A stretch of 63,661 bases of DNA, filler included, from Hausera hauseri (lineage: Eukaryota): NCBI GenBank assembly GCA_046269625.1. It is 10 parts of 10 records of this genome, joined end to end, with 100 filler letters (N's around TTAATTAATTAA, not from the genome) between each part and the next. Parts side by side here need not be neighbours in the genome. Positions count along the whole stretch, not along the records: positions 49,846 to 54,008 come from JBJURY010727213.1; positions 54,109 to 59,506 come from JBJURY010262288.1; positions 59,607 to 63,661 come from JBJURY010790202.1; 7 more parts are not named here. One strand, 5' to 3'. A program made the position numbers and the translations under genes. This document shows positions 50,421 to 62,379 of the stretch, piece after piece. How positions within the stretch are numbered: the stretch's first letter is position 1; each line of letters opens with the position of its first letter. The notes under the pieces were generated by a model. That model had not been told where the DNA came from. It did no database searches and saw only the letters and a list, made by a program, of their open reading frames with translations.

Positions 50421-53400
50421 TATATACCAAGTAAGTACACAACCTTAATAGTACTCCAACATATAAATAATCTAAGTGTTATTCGGTTTTGTGAGTTCTC
50501 CTCTATAGTTTCACCTCTGATTCTTCTAGTTTTCTAACCATTCGATACTTCTGTTATGATTTCAATTATCCACTTAATAAGTTGATATCCAACGAAGGAT
50601 TATTTAAATCTTCAGCATTATTCGGTATCTGTACGTTTCATACGATAACTTTCATCAAATTCGGGATAAAAAAATGGGTTATATGGATATGTCCGTCATT
50701 TCATTCAATATTCTATAATAGTAACATAACTATAGAGTTTTATCTATTATATTATTCCGACTTGTAACTACCCTAATAATCTACGCTACTCCTCAATAAA
50801 ATTAATTATCTCAATATTCATGGTACTATGGGTCATTGAGCTATTATGATACTCGTAACTATTTTTAGGAATCATATTTAGAAATATGGTAGGTTACTTT
50901 AGGTTATCCTATTAATCCTTCTTAATTCGTCCTTTAGTTCTTCAATAGTGTCTTCTTATATCAGCCATTTTAAACTCGTAAGTGTGGAAATGGTATTGAT
51001 CATTTCCATTATACTATCATTTGTCATTGTAGGTGATTTAGCTCCGTATAAATATATTTAGTATTCGTCAGATAAATGATGGTCTAATGATCATAACAGG
51101 CTTGTTGGGCTTATTCATTTAAACAATTATGTAATTCCAATATAATACAGTATTCCAATAATCTCGTTCATATAACTTTGTTTTTCTTTGAAGTTAGTTG
51201 TCCAAACAATTATGGTATCAGGTTGGGTAATCCTCCCATCGGATATTCATAATCAGGTCGTAATATGATTGGGATCTCCAATAGTTCATTTATTGCCTTC
51301 CATTCTAAATCTTTTATATATCTATGATTCGGGGTCTAACTTACTTTTCACGAGAATTTTCCTCGGTTGATTCGTCACACAAAATCAGACTCCACGATTG
51401 ACACTTATTCCATTGACCAGTTGATCCCTATCATGTATTTGTGATCCATACATAGGTGGAATTTGTACAGGTATAATCTTATGAAGTTAATTAAAGGATA
51501 TTTAAATGTTTCAACCACCCCCTAACTTCAATAGCCGAACATTTATATTTCTCATTTCTCGGTTTGCATTCACTGAAACATCTGCGAGATTTTATGCAAA
51601 AATAAAAATTTAATTTTTTCGCAAAAGGTAAAGACTTGAGATAGAACTTTTTATGTGAAAACAATTGAAAATATAGAAATTTTTTAAATTTTAAGTAACA
51701 ATGTTTTAAAACAGTAAATCGAGCTGTTATCTATAAAATCGTACTTTCTATGTCATCATGCAAATTACTCTGACTGCATGTGGGTGTATTTCAATAAAAA
51801 GGTAACTTAGTAAATGGTTCTAATGAATTTTATTATATGCAATATTCCACACGATATAATTTTTATCTGTAACCTTGTAGATACATTCTACGTGTATTCC
51901 AAACTATCAATTAATGCAATTATATCTTACATTAATTAAGAATTTTGTAATCAAATATTTCAATATATGCAACCGAACAATCTAATGTATTTTCAAATAA
52001 ACTGGATCTTATGTCGCGACCTCTGGTAGTTTAATAACTCTCAACTATACTAAACCACACTATTCATCCCCATATTTATTCGAATTTCATGTATAAACAA
52101 TGGATCATTTATAATAGAATCAAAGTTAAATATATTCACGTAAATATATAATGTGGACTCACTACATCCAAATGAGCCTTCTAAACAATTTCGCGAAATG
52201 ATAGATTATTCATAAAATATTATTATACATATAAATGACAATTATTTATAACGGAATTAAAGTCAAACGCATACATACTATAAACTGGTGATATCAAAAT
52301 AACATTTATAATAATTTTTTAAAATGATAAATTATTTGCAATTGATTTATACATAAATAAATCATCACTAGGTCGAATTTAATCGCAATTAAAACGATCG
52401 GATTTCTTACTTTTTAACTTTAAACAGTTTATGCTTCGTTGGTAACATCATTAGGCTTCTGCACTATCACACAATGAACTATACTCCGATACATATCCGG
52501 AGTAGCATGCCGCGTTCCCGATCATCTTGTAAGCCAGCTGACTCGAATCATTGTAACTCACACAATAATTTCCTTTAGAGTACATCCTCAAGGAAAAGAC
52601 CCGACTCATCGGTTAATGCGTGCCGTGAGCTTTACTAATCAGGGCAATTCGGTTGTCACTAATGCATCGATGCACGGTAGAAGATGGTGTGCCACTGAAT
52701 TAATTAATTGCATCGGCTTTAAGTTAACCGATTAGTTCATTGAACGAATGCCATTTAACCGGATATTTTCCACTTCTTTTCGGGATTCATTTGAGTCTTT
52801 TGTTCACTAGACTCCCATTCTTTTTAGTCGAATAAAACATATTCACACCCGACATACACATAACAATTTCCGTCAATTTTTGATAAAAAACATTTATTGT
52901 AATCAAATTACAAAATTATTTAGACAATCGGCTAACGGATAAGAAACAATTAAATATTTACCATTATCATGTAGAGAATTCGTAGAGTCGGGTGTTTGTC
53001 TTTGGGCCATCTCTTTATTTTATTGAATTGCGAAATAGATAAACAAATTATATTTCAGTCGAGAATCTCGATACGAAGATATCAGTTGGAATCACTTCCT
53101 TTCTTTGAATAATCGTGGATACTGAACTTAGATGAATCACTATTGAATTTAAATTAACTTCTAGTCTTAAACAATAATCAACCTACCAAAGGTTTCAGAA
53201 TTATCTTTTCAACTTTAGATCAAAATTTTGTCGTAGAAAAAATTGTTGTTGTTCGTCAAGTTGTCTGTGCTTTTATACTTATTTCTCAATTCTGAAATAT
53301 GATTTTCAAAATCTAATTTCCTGTTATGTGTTAGATTTCTTAATGGATTTTTTAAAATCGATTTCGTTATTTGCAGGGCATGCGTGTCCATTCAATTTAC

Positions 53401-53681
53401 GTTGTCAGATGATTTAGGAAATTGATTTCCTGTTTTCGTCTCGTTTTTGCAATCAATTCTCTTATTGTCGAATTAATAATTCGTATCGTCAGACGTTAAT
53501 TTCCTGTTTTCGGAATTCGTCAGACGTTAATTTCCTATTTGCGGAATGTTTCGTGATTGCCACAAATTAAGAATTTTATTTAATTAAAAGAATTTCTGAA
53601 TTTTATTCAATTAAAAGAATTTCCCATTTATTAACATTCAACCATTCCGCACCGTCAGCCGTTGCCCACAATTCATATACA

Positions 53682-54008
53682 TGTAGCAGTGAAGGAGTGG
53701 ATACCCATCAGAGGGTTTCATATTTCAAAAGAAAGTAAAAGCAGAAGATTTATTCAAGTCGTATTCAAATGTTGTACCAATTAGAATCACATTCAAATGT
53801 TGTTCAATGTACAAACTGTAAATATACAAGATGTTAATAGTGTTAATTCAGGAGGATAATGTAATTCTGAAGTTATAAATTAGAACTTCTCCAACGTTCG
53901 TTATTTAGTCACTCTCAACATTTCTCCCCCCTTTGAAAAGGATTCGGTCCTCCGGATCACACTGAGTACTGACATCGACGAAACTGAGATTTCTGGGTTT
54001 AATCGTCA
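53682..54008 (-). mobile_element. 3' end of an LTR retrotransposon: PPT (53921-53934) + ca. 239-bp LTR (53920-53682)
   Basis: Minus strand reads GAGGAC...AAAGGGGGGAGAAA then TGTTGAGA...AATAAA...CTACA. Confidence 0.65.
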
Positions 54009-55220
54009 NNNNNNNNNNNNNNNNNNNNNNNNNNNNNNNNNNNNNNNNNNNNTTAATTAATTAANNNNNNNNNNNNNNNNNNNNNNNNNNNNNNNNNNNN
54101 NNNNNNNNTTCCCCTTACTCCCATAAGTTGGGGAAAATTTTATATTATAACCGCCTTACGATAAGATCAATGGATCGGGGTGAAAATGTAACCGAACGAA
54201 CAAACGAACGAAAGAAAGCGCAAAGGTAAGTCAAAGTCGTTATAGTATGTAAAAGTGTCAACTCTACCGCACTTCGAAAAAGTACCCAGATCGACTCGGG
54301 ATCAGGTTTTTCCCACCTATCTCGCAATTCTGAGCATTTCATTTTTGCGGTCGGAGACCCCCAGGGGAAGAAGAAGGTCGGGCAATGGACTTCGAACCGA
54401 GACCAATCGGTCGAGCAGAACAAGGCGAGAAAAAATTAACAGCGGCGCAAGGCCGAAAAATGTAACCCGGCGGAACAGGAGGCTGAAGAAGAAAACGGGC
54501 AATGTGCCAGTGCAAAGGCAACACATGTAGTTGGTATACGGAAATTTTGTACAAAGTTAAAATTAATGTTGGCAAGTCTAATGGACACGGTTTCGTCGTC
54601 GTCCGACCAAGGGAGCATGGGGAAAACCGGTTGAGAAAATTTCCGTAGGGTAAAATTTCCCCTGTTCAAGTCTGCCGGTGATGGAAATGGGTCCAGTACA
54701 TTACCCATAAGTTTGGAAAAATTTTACATTATAACCGCCTCACGATCAGATCAATGGATCCGAGTGGAAAACGCACATTTCAGTAAAAACAAAAAAAAAC
54801 AACGTAAAAATCGTCATTTTCGTTTTTTACATTTTTTGTGTTTTTTGTAAAAATCTGTCGCGGACTTTATTTTGTACTACGACGACGGCGAATAAAACCG
54901 AACGGCTAATAGTAATAAATTACAACCGCATTATGAGCATGACAGTATAACTGAGTACTACTCATAAGGAGAACGATTATCATCAAAACTGCAATGCTAG
55001 TAGTAGTAATAGTAGCAAAAGTGACACCTGGAACCGTCTACCACAAATGTAACAAAGGTGATGAAACGATATAACAGTACATGGTGGTAACAACAACAAC
55101 AACAACAACAGCAATATAGCACATAGTGTATTTCAAAATATCAAAAACTCTTTGTCCATCCTCACAAAACAGTCTGACCGTCTGTCTGTCTGTCTGTCCA
55201 ATCAAAAAAGCGGAATACGT

Positions 55221-55629
55221 TCACAATAATGTATGTAATGTAAGCCATAATAGGCAGTAATATCCAAACAATATGGTAAGTGGATGTTGATAATAAAGTC
55301 GAATATACTCAACACAATGATAATGTGATTGTCTTTCAGTTTGAGAAATTAACGATGACGGGTAATAAAACACGAGTGAATCGAATACCTTGACGGCGGT
55401 CGAATGTGCATACACTGAAATCCAATGTTTGCTCGGTAACGATGAACTGTGTGTATTGACGATCAAACCTCCGCCACCATTTTGTCGTAAGTCACGCGAC
55501 ACACGGTCCAGTGGAAACACCGCACAATTTCACACCCAAGCGCAGTTTTCTATAGTGACTGAGTTCAGTTGAGCTAAACGGAAAATATGATTTAATCATA
55601 ATAGTAATAATGGTAATAAATTACTTCAT
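55221..55629 (-). pseudogene. Adenain-like cysteine protease, copy B (51-nt intron 55574-55624)
   Basis: MN|STEL...FPLD...LIVNTHSSSLPSKHW...VFDS...YQHPLTIL(F)GYYCL. Confidence 0.85.
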
Positions 55630-55660
55630 GGTACAAAGACGAGGAAGAAGAAGGTTTTAA

Positions 55661-56882
55661 TTATACAATGACGGTTCCTTTTTTCGTTATTTTAACCTCG
55701 GCATCAAATACACCGTAAATGTACTTCATCGTAGACTGTTCCAACGCTTTAGCAAAGTGAACATCCAGTCGCAGGTTTCCTTGCTGAGGTAGTTGAGCCT
55801 GCTCAATGTAGTAGTCCGGAGCCAGGACAAATGTGAAGAATTGGATAGGTGGACTTGAACAAATCCATCGATATGCCATTGTTGACATTTTTGTTGAGCA
55901 AACCCATGTTGCGCACGATAAATTGCATATATGTGCAAACGTAATAGCCGGTCTCGAAATCCTTCTTGTATGTCTCAACTAAATCTGCATTCAGACGCAA
56001 ACTGATGTAATTCATATTGCTATGGGTAAACGTTTCGAATCGGTGGTATAACTACCCGTTTATTGAACAGTCGTTTGAAGTGTAACGAGCACAAATTTCG
56101 GAAATCGTATGTCGCCAAACAGTGCATCTTTTTAAAACGTTGTCGAACCTTTGGGTATGGTATAAAACCATCGGGTAACAGGCATTTTGCGTTTCCAAGC
56201 CCAATCGATGTCCCATGAGCACGGACGGTTCTACTTTTACACGACGTACGTATAATCGTTTTTAGGAAATTTTCACTATGGGTTTAAGCCATAAAACGTC
56301 GGTTTTCATACAAAAGACATTGTCTCTTTGTTTGAGCCGAATCATAGATTTAACACCGTATATTAGGTATTTCGGCTGATCAAAAAGTCAAAGTACAGAG
56401 GTCCACACATTGTAAGTGCTTTTGATTCTGCCACCCATGCCTGACGGTTTGCCGCTGTGGCATCGTATCCGATGGTTTTCGTCAAATGAGTCGTTTTCGT
56501 CTGCACTGTAATTCAAAGCCGTTTTAATGAGTGTTTTGATACTGTATAGACTAGTGTTGCCTTCGATTTTGACGTTCTTTAGGGTCAGTGAAGCCTCCTG
56601 GAATAGTGTGAGGAAAAGATAACTGGCCTGTGTGACTGTGTCACAGTCTGTTGCAGCCAGAACTGTTGATGCATCCTTTTTAACAATGACGTTTGCATGG
56701 AGTAGTGTATCGTTCAAATTGAGATATTCATTGTCCGATGCCATAATGTTAAATTGAATGTCAATGTTATCCTCCGTTGAAGCCAAATCAACAGGATAGA
56801 TTTCTTCAGTTGCTGCATTGTCAACAACAACTTGTGGAGCGGCTTTGTCAAATATACACAATTCAAATTTTTCAGATGCCAT
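55661..56882 (-). pseudogene. Major capsid protein, copy B
   Basis: About 1.2 kb from MASEKFELCIFDK to GNLRLDVHFAKAL...YGVFDAEVKI; frameshifted. Confidence 0.85.
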
Positions 56883-56889
56883 TTGTCTG

Positions 56890-57249
56890 TCAATCGAAAA
56901 TCGTACGACAACGACATTTGTTTATTGTTGATGAGCTCGATGATGCTCCACGATGTTTTTTCAGGCCACTGCCAGCGAATTATTTTTTGACTTATTCAAC
57001 GATTCCCAGTGCACCGCTTTTTATTTCTGACAAGGCGTGTTCTTTGAATGATGGTAAAATCGATTTGTTTTCATATAGTACATCCTTTTCTGTTTTTGCT
57101 GCCACGGCTGCAACACGCTTCAACACCGAAAATGCTAAACGTGCCAATGTACGCAACCATTCAAAGCCATACTGTTTACCAACGAAATACGGCAGTTCCC
57201 CACCCTTCTGGGGTTTACTGTAAATAGAAACGATTTCAAAATCAATCAT
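56890..57249 (-). pseudogene. pVI/PW-like virion protein, copy B
   Basis: PQKGGELPYFVGKQYGFEWLRTLARLAF. Confidence 0.65.
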
Positions 57250-57255
57250 GTTGTT

Positions 57256-58307
57256 GCTGGATTCGAAGAGAATGAAGAGTTAGACAGGTTGTAATACCCT
57301 ACGAAAATTCAATAAGGTAGTCCGCGTCACATCGGATATTCACTTCAACATTGTTTATAGATGTAGCTACCACAGGTAGGTACATTGGATTATCGATCTT
57401 GACAGTGACATTGTCACTGGCAGCATACTTGCTGCTTTCCGAATAAATTGCTCGGAGTAGCGGTACACGTACTCCACCAACCAAAATCGATTCGGTGACG
57501 TTTACGTAAATGTACATTTGACTTAGTGCCGTTTTCAGTTTGGGTTTGAGTGTAGCAACATATCGATGCCTCAAACCGCTATTTTTCAAAACCCAATGCC
57601 ATAACCAAAGCTTTGTCCAATGAAATGTCGACAATATTCTTTTCCAGTTCAAATTTAATGTACCCATTTGCATCAGACTCGAAAACTTTAAATATCGCAT
57701 TGTACTTTTGATTTGAGAAGTGTTGACAGAGCTGTGCTACAGATTCGCAATAGACATGGTCTCCAATCGATACGTATGACGCTGACACCCTTTCTGTAGT
57801 ATAGGAAAATTTCACAGTTGTTTGGTTATATAAAGGACTAAATCCTGGACCAACTACATATTCACTTTTAATATGTTGACCTTTGTACTCTGTATTTTTA
57901 AATCCAAATTTCTGTGCCATCTCAGAGGACTCAAAGGTAACAGTAAATTCGAAATCTGCCATAAAATGTAAGTTTGGATCTATAATAAAAACACCGATCT
58001 TGCCGAATATGCCGTAATTTGCTTTGGTCGTGCAAATGACCGATTCTTCAACTGTTATTTTATTGCTAGTAAGTGTCAGAGGACAAGAATATGTTTTAGT
58101 TTCAGTAACAGTCTTGCTGTGCGTTATTTTCATACTACCTTTCAATACCACCGGTGCGTAGGGAAAGTTAAATTCCGTCAGTCCAACTTCCCATTTTCCA
58201 GCAGATAAATCCAAAGGATTGTTCCAATCTACAACGTATTCACTGGCGGAATTGTTCGGACGAGTCGTCGAACAACTGTTGCTCGGCAATACCATGTAAA
58301 TACTCAT
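57256..58307 (-). pseudogene. Penton/minor capsid-like paralog 2, copy B
   Basis: ORFs 57579-58307 and 57299-57700 joined by a frameshift. Confidence 0.78.
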
Positions 58308-58309
58308 GA

Positions 58310-58343
<34 letters not shown>

Positions 58344-58376
58344 AATGATGATGATGATGATGACGCAGTTTGTTTA

Positions 58377-59894
58377 TTATCGACGTTGACGACGTTGAAA
58401 ATGTAACGTCAAATGTGTCGTTGACCCAAACAGAAATTTAACGGATTCCCAAAATTCATCAAGCATATACACGGAAATACTGTGTACAGTATTGTGAGAC
58501 AATGGTACGTACATGGGTCTGAACATAATAACGCGAACAGTTTCACCCGATGATGATGTTTGTACGTGTCAGAATCCAGTTCGATAGACGCCAGCAGTTG
58601 TTTACGTTCTCCACCAACGAGTACGGATTCGGTTAAGTCCGTTAAACTGTTGATTCTATGAAATGCTCCATAGAGTTGCGGTTTGTATTTGGCAACAAGA
58701 TTGTCCAACAATGGTTTGATAGAATTGACGTTTTGAAAACCCAGATTTCGAACCAATAATTCATTAAAGGCAAAATATGTAACATTGTCATGTAGTGTAA
58801 GAGAAATATGACCATCTGCGTTTATTTCACGTCTTTACAGCTAATTTAGCTGTTTTCTTGACGTATTCACACAATTCCAGTTCCGTTTCCATTAATAAAT
58901 CGTGTGGTATAATATAAGCGGAAGACTGATTCTGACTTTACTATAATATCGGATTCCGCATTGGATGAAAGGTCCAATTTATGATTACAGTCTATGTACA
59001 CGAATATTTTCACGACTGGAAGTATATCATTGTAAGTACAAGCTATTTGTTATTTAATTGCTGATCAATTAAGATCACGTTTAATAACATAAATAAAAAC
59101 AAATTATTAACCTTCAGACTTCTTAGTTTTTTATAGATTCATTTAACATAAGAACAAATTTTATTTGTAATAATAATCTCTATATCATTAATTATATGTT
59201 CAACTTACAAATTTGATTGCCACTTGTTTATGGATGATTTATGATTGTGTCAGCATCAGACTTTCATTAAACAATTATTCAAATAACCAGCCAAAATAAA
59301 TTACAGTAACCCAATATAAATATATTGAATAACTTTCCTGCCTTCGGCGTTTCCGAGTATTTCAGTTAAAGATATCTATCCATCATACTGAGTCACTTTG
59401 AACAAAAGCTTTCTTAGGTGATTGACGTATCATACTGTTGTTTCAGATTTTCAATATTTAAAATTAAAGGTATAATTTCTGGATAATTAATAAATAGGAA
59501 TTGTCANNNNNNNNNNNNNNNNNNNNNNNNNNNNNNNNNNNNNNNNNNNNTTAATTAATTAANNNNNNNNNNNNNNNNNNNNNNNNNNNNNNNNNNNNNN
59601 NNNNNNCATTTTCTCGCGAATAATTTGAAGAGTATATAGGTTATTGTGTCGGATTGTCCGCAAACCACTTGAAATAAGGTTTGTTTCTTTAAGGGTAAAG
59701 TAAATACCATTGTTCTGACGTATTGCCATTGGTGAAAATGTAAATGTAAATTCAGTCAAAGTCATTTCACAGGCTCCGTGGTGTAAATCGACCGGTTGAT
59801 CCAAGTGCACGGTAAATTGTTTAGCGGTATTGTCGTCATTGTCGTCGTGTTATGATAATGATCCGTTACTGTCAAGTACCAAATAAATGCTCAT
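58377..59894 (-). pseudogene. Penton/minor capsid-like paralog 1, copy B, split by an unrelated insertion (58757-59606)
   Basis: The N-terminal half (59607-59894) and C-terminal half (58377-58756) correspond to adjacent parts of 41853-42515. Confidence 0.7.
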
Positions 59895-60967
59895 CACTCA
59901 ATCTGCGATGCAAAAATCCAACTCGGTGTAGTATATCCGTGCCACTTGACGAGATATTGTTTATTCGAATCTTTGCCACGTGAACGTAGAATTTCCTGAA
60001 TACGATACACATCATGTTTTTCCGGTAGTACCTGCAGTTCCTGTTCGTAAAATTTGCCACGTATTTCGTCACCGTTTTCATCCTCTAAAACGTACATAAC
60101 CGGACTTTGTTTTGTGTTGATTGCTGAAATTCAGAAAACCTCATCGCTCCAGTTCTGACTGAAATTCTTAATGAATGGCGTTGTACTCAGCTTTGAAATA
60201 CGTATATACTCTTCGATTTTATATTTTGGGCGACGTTTAATTGTCTGTCGTCCTCGTTGGGTTCGGTTGTTTTGATAGAGCCACATGTCTAAATCATCGA
60301 CTACGTCAACCGGTCGTAATCCATTAATACCACGATGTGTCGAATGATTGTATGTATGAATAATATCCGGCAATACATCTACCCAGCGTTTGTTGCCTTG
60401 CTTCGTAAAAAATTTGTTTAGGCGACCGAGCAATGTTCGATTAAATCGTTCAACGAGTGCCGCCTTGTATTGGGAAAACACCGAGTAGTGGTTTACGCCG
60501 AACCGTTTCAAGACCGCTGCAACGTGGGCGTTGTAGAATTCCTTACCCAAATCCGTTTGTAAATGCTTCGGTTGTTGTTGTTGCATCAGTGTCTGGACAG
60601 CGTCGGCAATCTTTTTACCGGATTTATATTTCACGACAATTGCACGTACAGAACGACTAAACACATCAAAGCATGTCAGCACGTACCGATACCCTTCGTT
60701 GTTGTTGGCGTATAGAATCATTTCCATCAGATCCATTTGCCATACGTTATTTACGCCGGCAGCACGGTATTCACGAGTTGGAAACCGCCTTCTTATCGGT
60801 TTGTTTAGGCTGTATGGTAACTGTATCCCGAGCCAACGTTTGGTCTGTTTCCAAGTCTGTTTGACAGTTTTTGCCAGATTGTCGACGCCAGTATACCAGA
60901 CGGGATGATGTGGGTCGAAACACACGTCGCCCATCGTTGTCGTCGATGGTGCCGGTTTTGCTTGCAT
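59894..60967 (-). pseudogene. Maverick rve integrase with chromodomain, copy B
   Basis: DDE triad WQMDL / LQTDLGKEF / LVERFNRTL intact; stop at 60131-60133 before the chromodomain. Confidence 0.92.
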
Positions 60968-61078
60968 TACAACAATTAAAAAGAAACGTAAATAAAAGAT
61001 TAGGTAAACTGGGTCAAAATGATAAAAACCATGCACTTATATCGCCGAATCATCATACACTTACCTTTATTGTTTATA

Positions 61079-61402
61079 CTATGCTGAAGAACCAATGAGT
61101 CCACCCAGTAATAACGCGACAATCGGCAGAATTGCATCATGGAACCATCCGTCTTGCTGGTACATGACCTCTTGTTTTAGTCATTTACTACGGGCATTAA
61201 AAAGGCCAATGTGTCGTTTTCGATACTTTAGTAAATTTCGCCTTCCACTACCAATATCAACGTAACCCACAACGATTTTGTATAAAATTACCATCAAATC
61301 GTCTACTATAAACTGTGGGAATGATCGCAGCATGTTTTGCTTATGTCTCGAAGGTGCATTGAGCAAAGCAATAAAGTACTTCTAACTAGGTTTGAATCGC
61401 AT
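61079..61402 (-). pseudogene. Protein X-like, copy B
   Basis: Homologous to 43703-44029, with stops. Confidence 0.7.
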
Positions 61403-61438
61403 TTTTTGGATGTATTGATGTTGATGAGACGTAGTTGT

Positions 61439-61607
61439 TTATAACCGTTGACACTGTGACGGTAATTTGCGTCTAGTTCTGATTGTTGTTCGAAGCATAG
61501 AATTGATTAGTCGGTTAACTGTAGCAGTTCGTTTTGATACACGTTTCTTGCCGGACACCCGCTTGGTAGGTTTACGTTTAACAATTGTTTTTCGGAAATT
61601 CTTCACT
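61439..61607 (-). CDS. Small Lys/Arg-rich protein, copy B
   Basis: KNFRKTIVKRKPTKRVSGKKRVSKR...RTRRKLPSQCQRL. Confidence 0.45.
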
Positions 61608-61619
61608 TTATCACAATTA

Positions 61620-62312
61620 TATCGTCGTCGATTTTCGAATTTGTTTATAGACACACACCACCCTTCTGATTAAAAATGTTTGTTCGCACACGCATGTCAT
61701 TGGGACACTTTTGTTTAAAGTCAATAAACAGATACTCATGCGGTTTGTTCGTAGCTTCGTGATGTGAATCTATCATTTAGGCTCGGTTGTGAGGAAATGC
61801 TTGTCGTGCAACACCATCTATAATAGTCTGATCGAAGGGATTTTTGAGTAACACCAAATAGTGTACGTTTAGATTTCTTGTTCGATTCTGTCCGCCTTGA
61901 TGGAACATGTTTTTCGTAATAAAAATAACCGTCACACCACGGTGTCGTGCAATCTTCGTGAACATGTTGTTGAAGTCAGTTTGTTTCGTTGCTTCCTGAA
62001 ATAAATCGTTGATGACAATAATGTCACCGTTGCGTAATCTTTCAGACCAGTTCTCATCAAACCCATCTATTACCGTTATCAATTTAAGTTTACAAAATTT
62101 CCGATATGTCAAACGGGACTCATCATTATCACCAAAACCTTGATGCCAGTATATGTGATTGTACCGCGGTGAATGGAACATGTCACGGTATTTCTGCAAT
62201 AGTTTACACACACAGTGTGTTTTGCCACTTCCAATGGGGTCTACAATCTGGAAAATTGCATCATTCTGCAGCTTTATCTAATAATAATAATTATACAACC
62301 TTCCCTCACCAC
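61620..62312 (-). pseudogene. Packaging ATPase, copy B (32-nt intron 62278-62309)
   Basis: GSGKT Walker A, IIVINDL Walker B, FTKIARHRG, RTRNLNVHYLVLLKNP. Confidence 0.88.
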
Positions 62313-62318
62313 ATGATT

Positions 62319-62379
62319 TGTTTATAATTGTTTTACACACGCGTATATAAATAGCTATATTATAAACACTGTTTCCATA
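62319..62379. promoter_or_regulatory. Divergent promoter between ATPase (-) and TBP-like gene (+); homolog at 44986-45044
   Basis: Outward-facing TATAAACA motifs (62319-62326 minus, 62361-62368 plus) around a central TATATAAATA. Confidence 0.6.

Noticed and set aside
53480-53625. Short 31-bp and 27-bp tandem duplications
   Set aside because: Two-unit local duplications in AT-rich DNA with no further structure.
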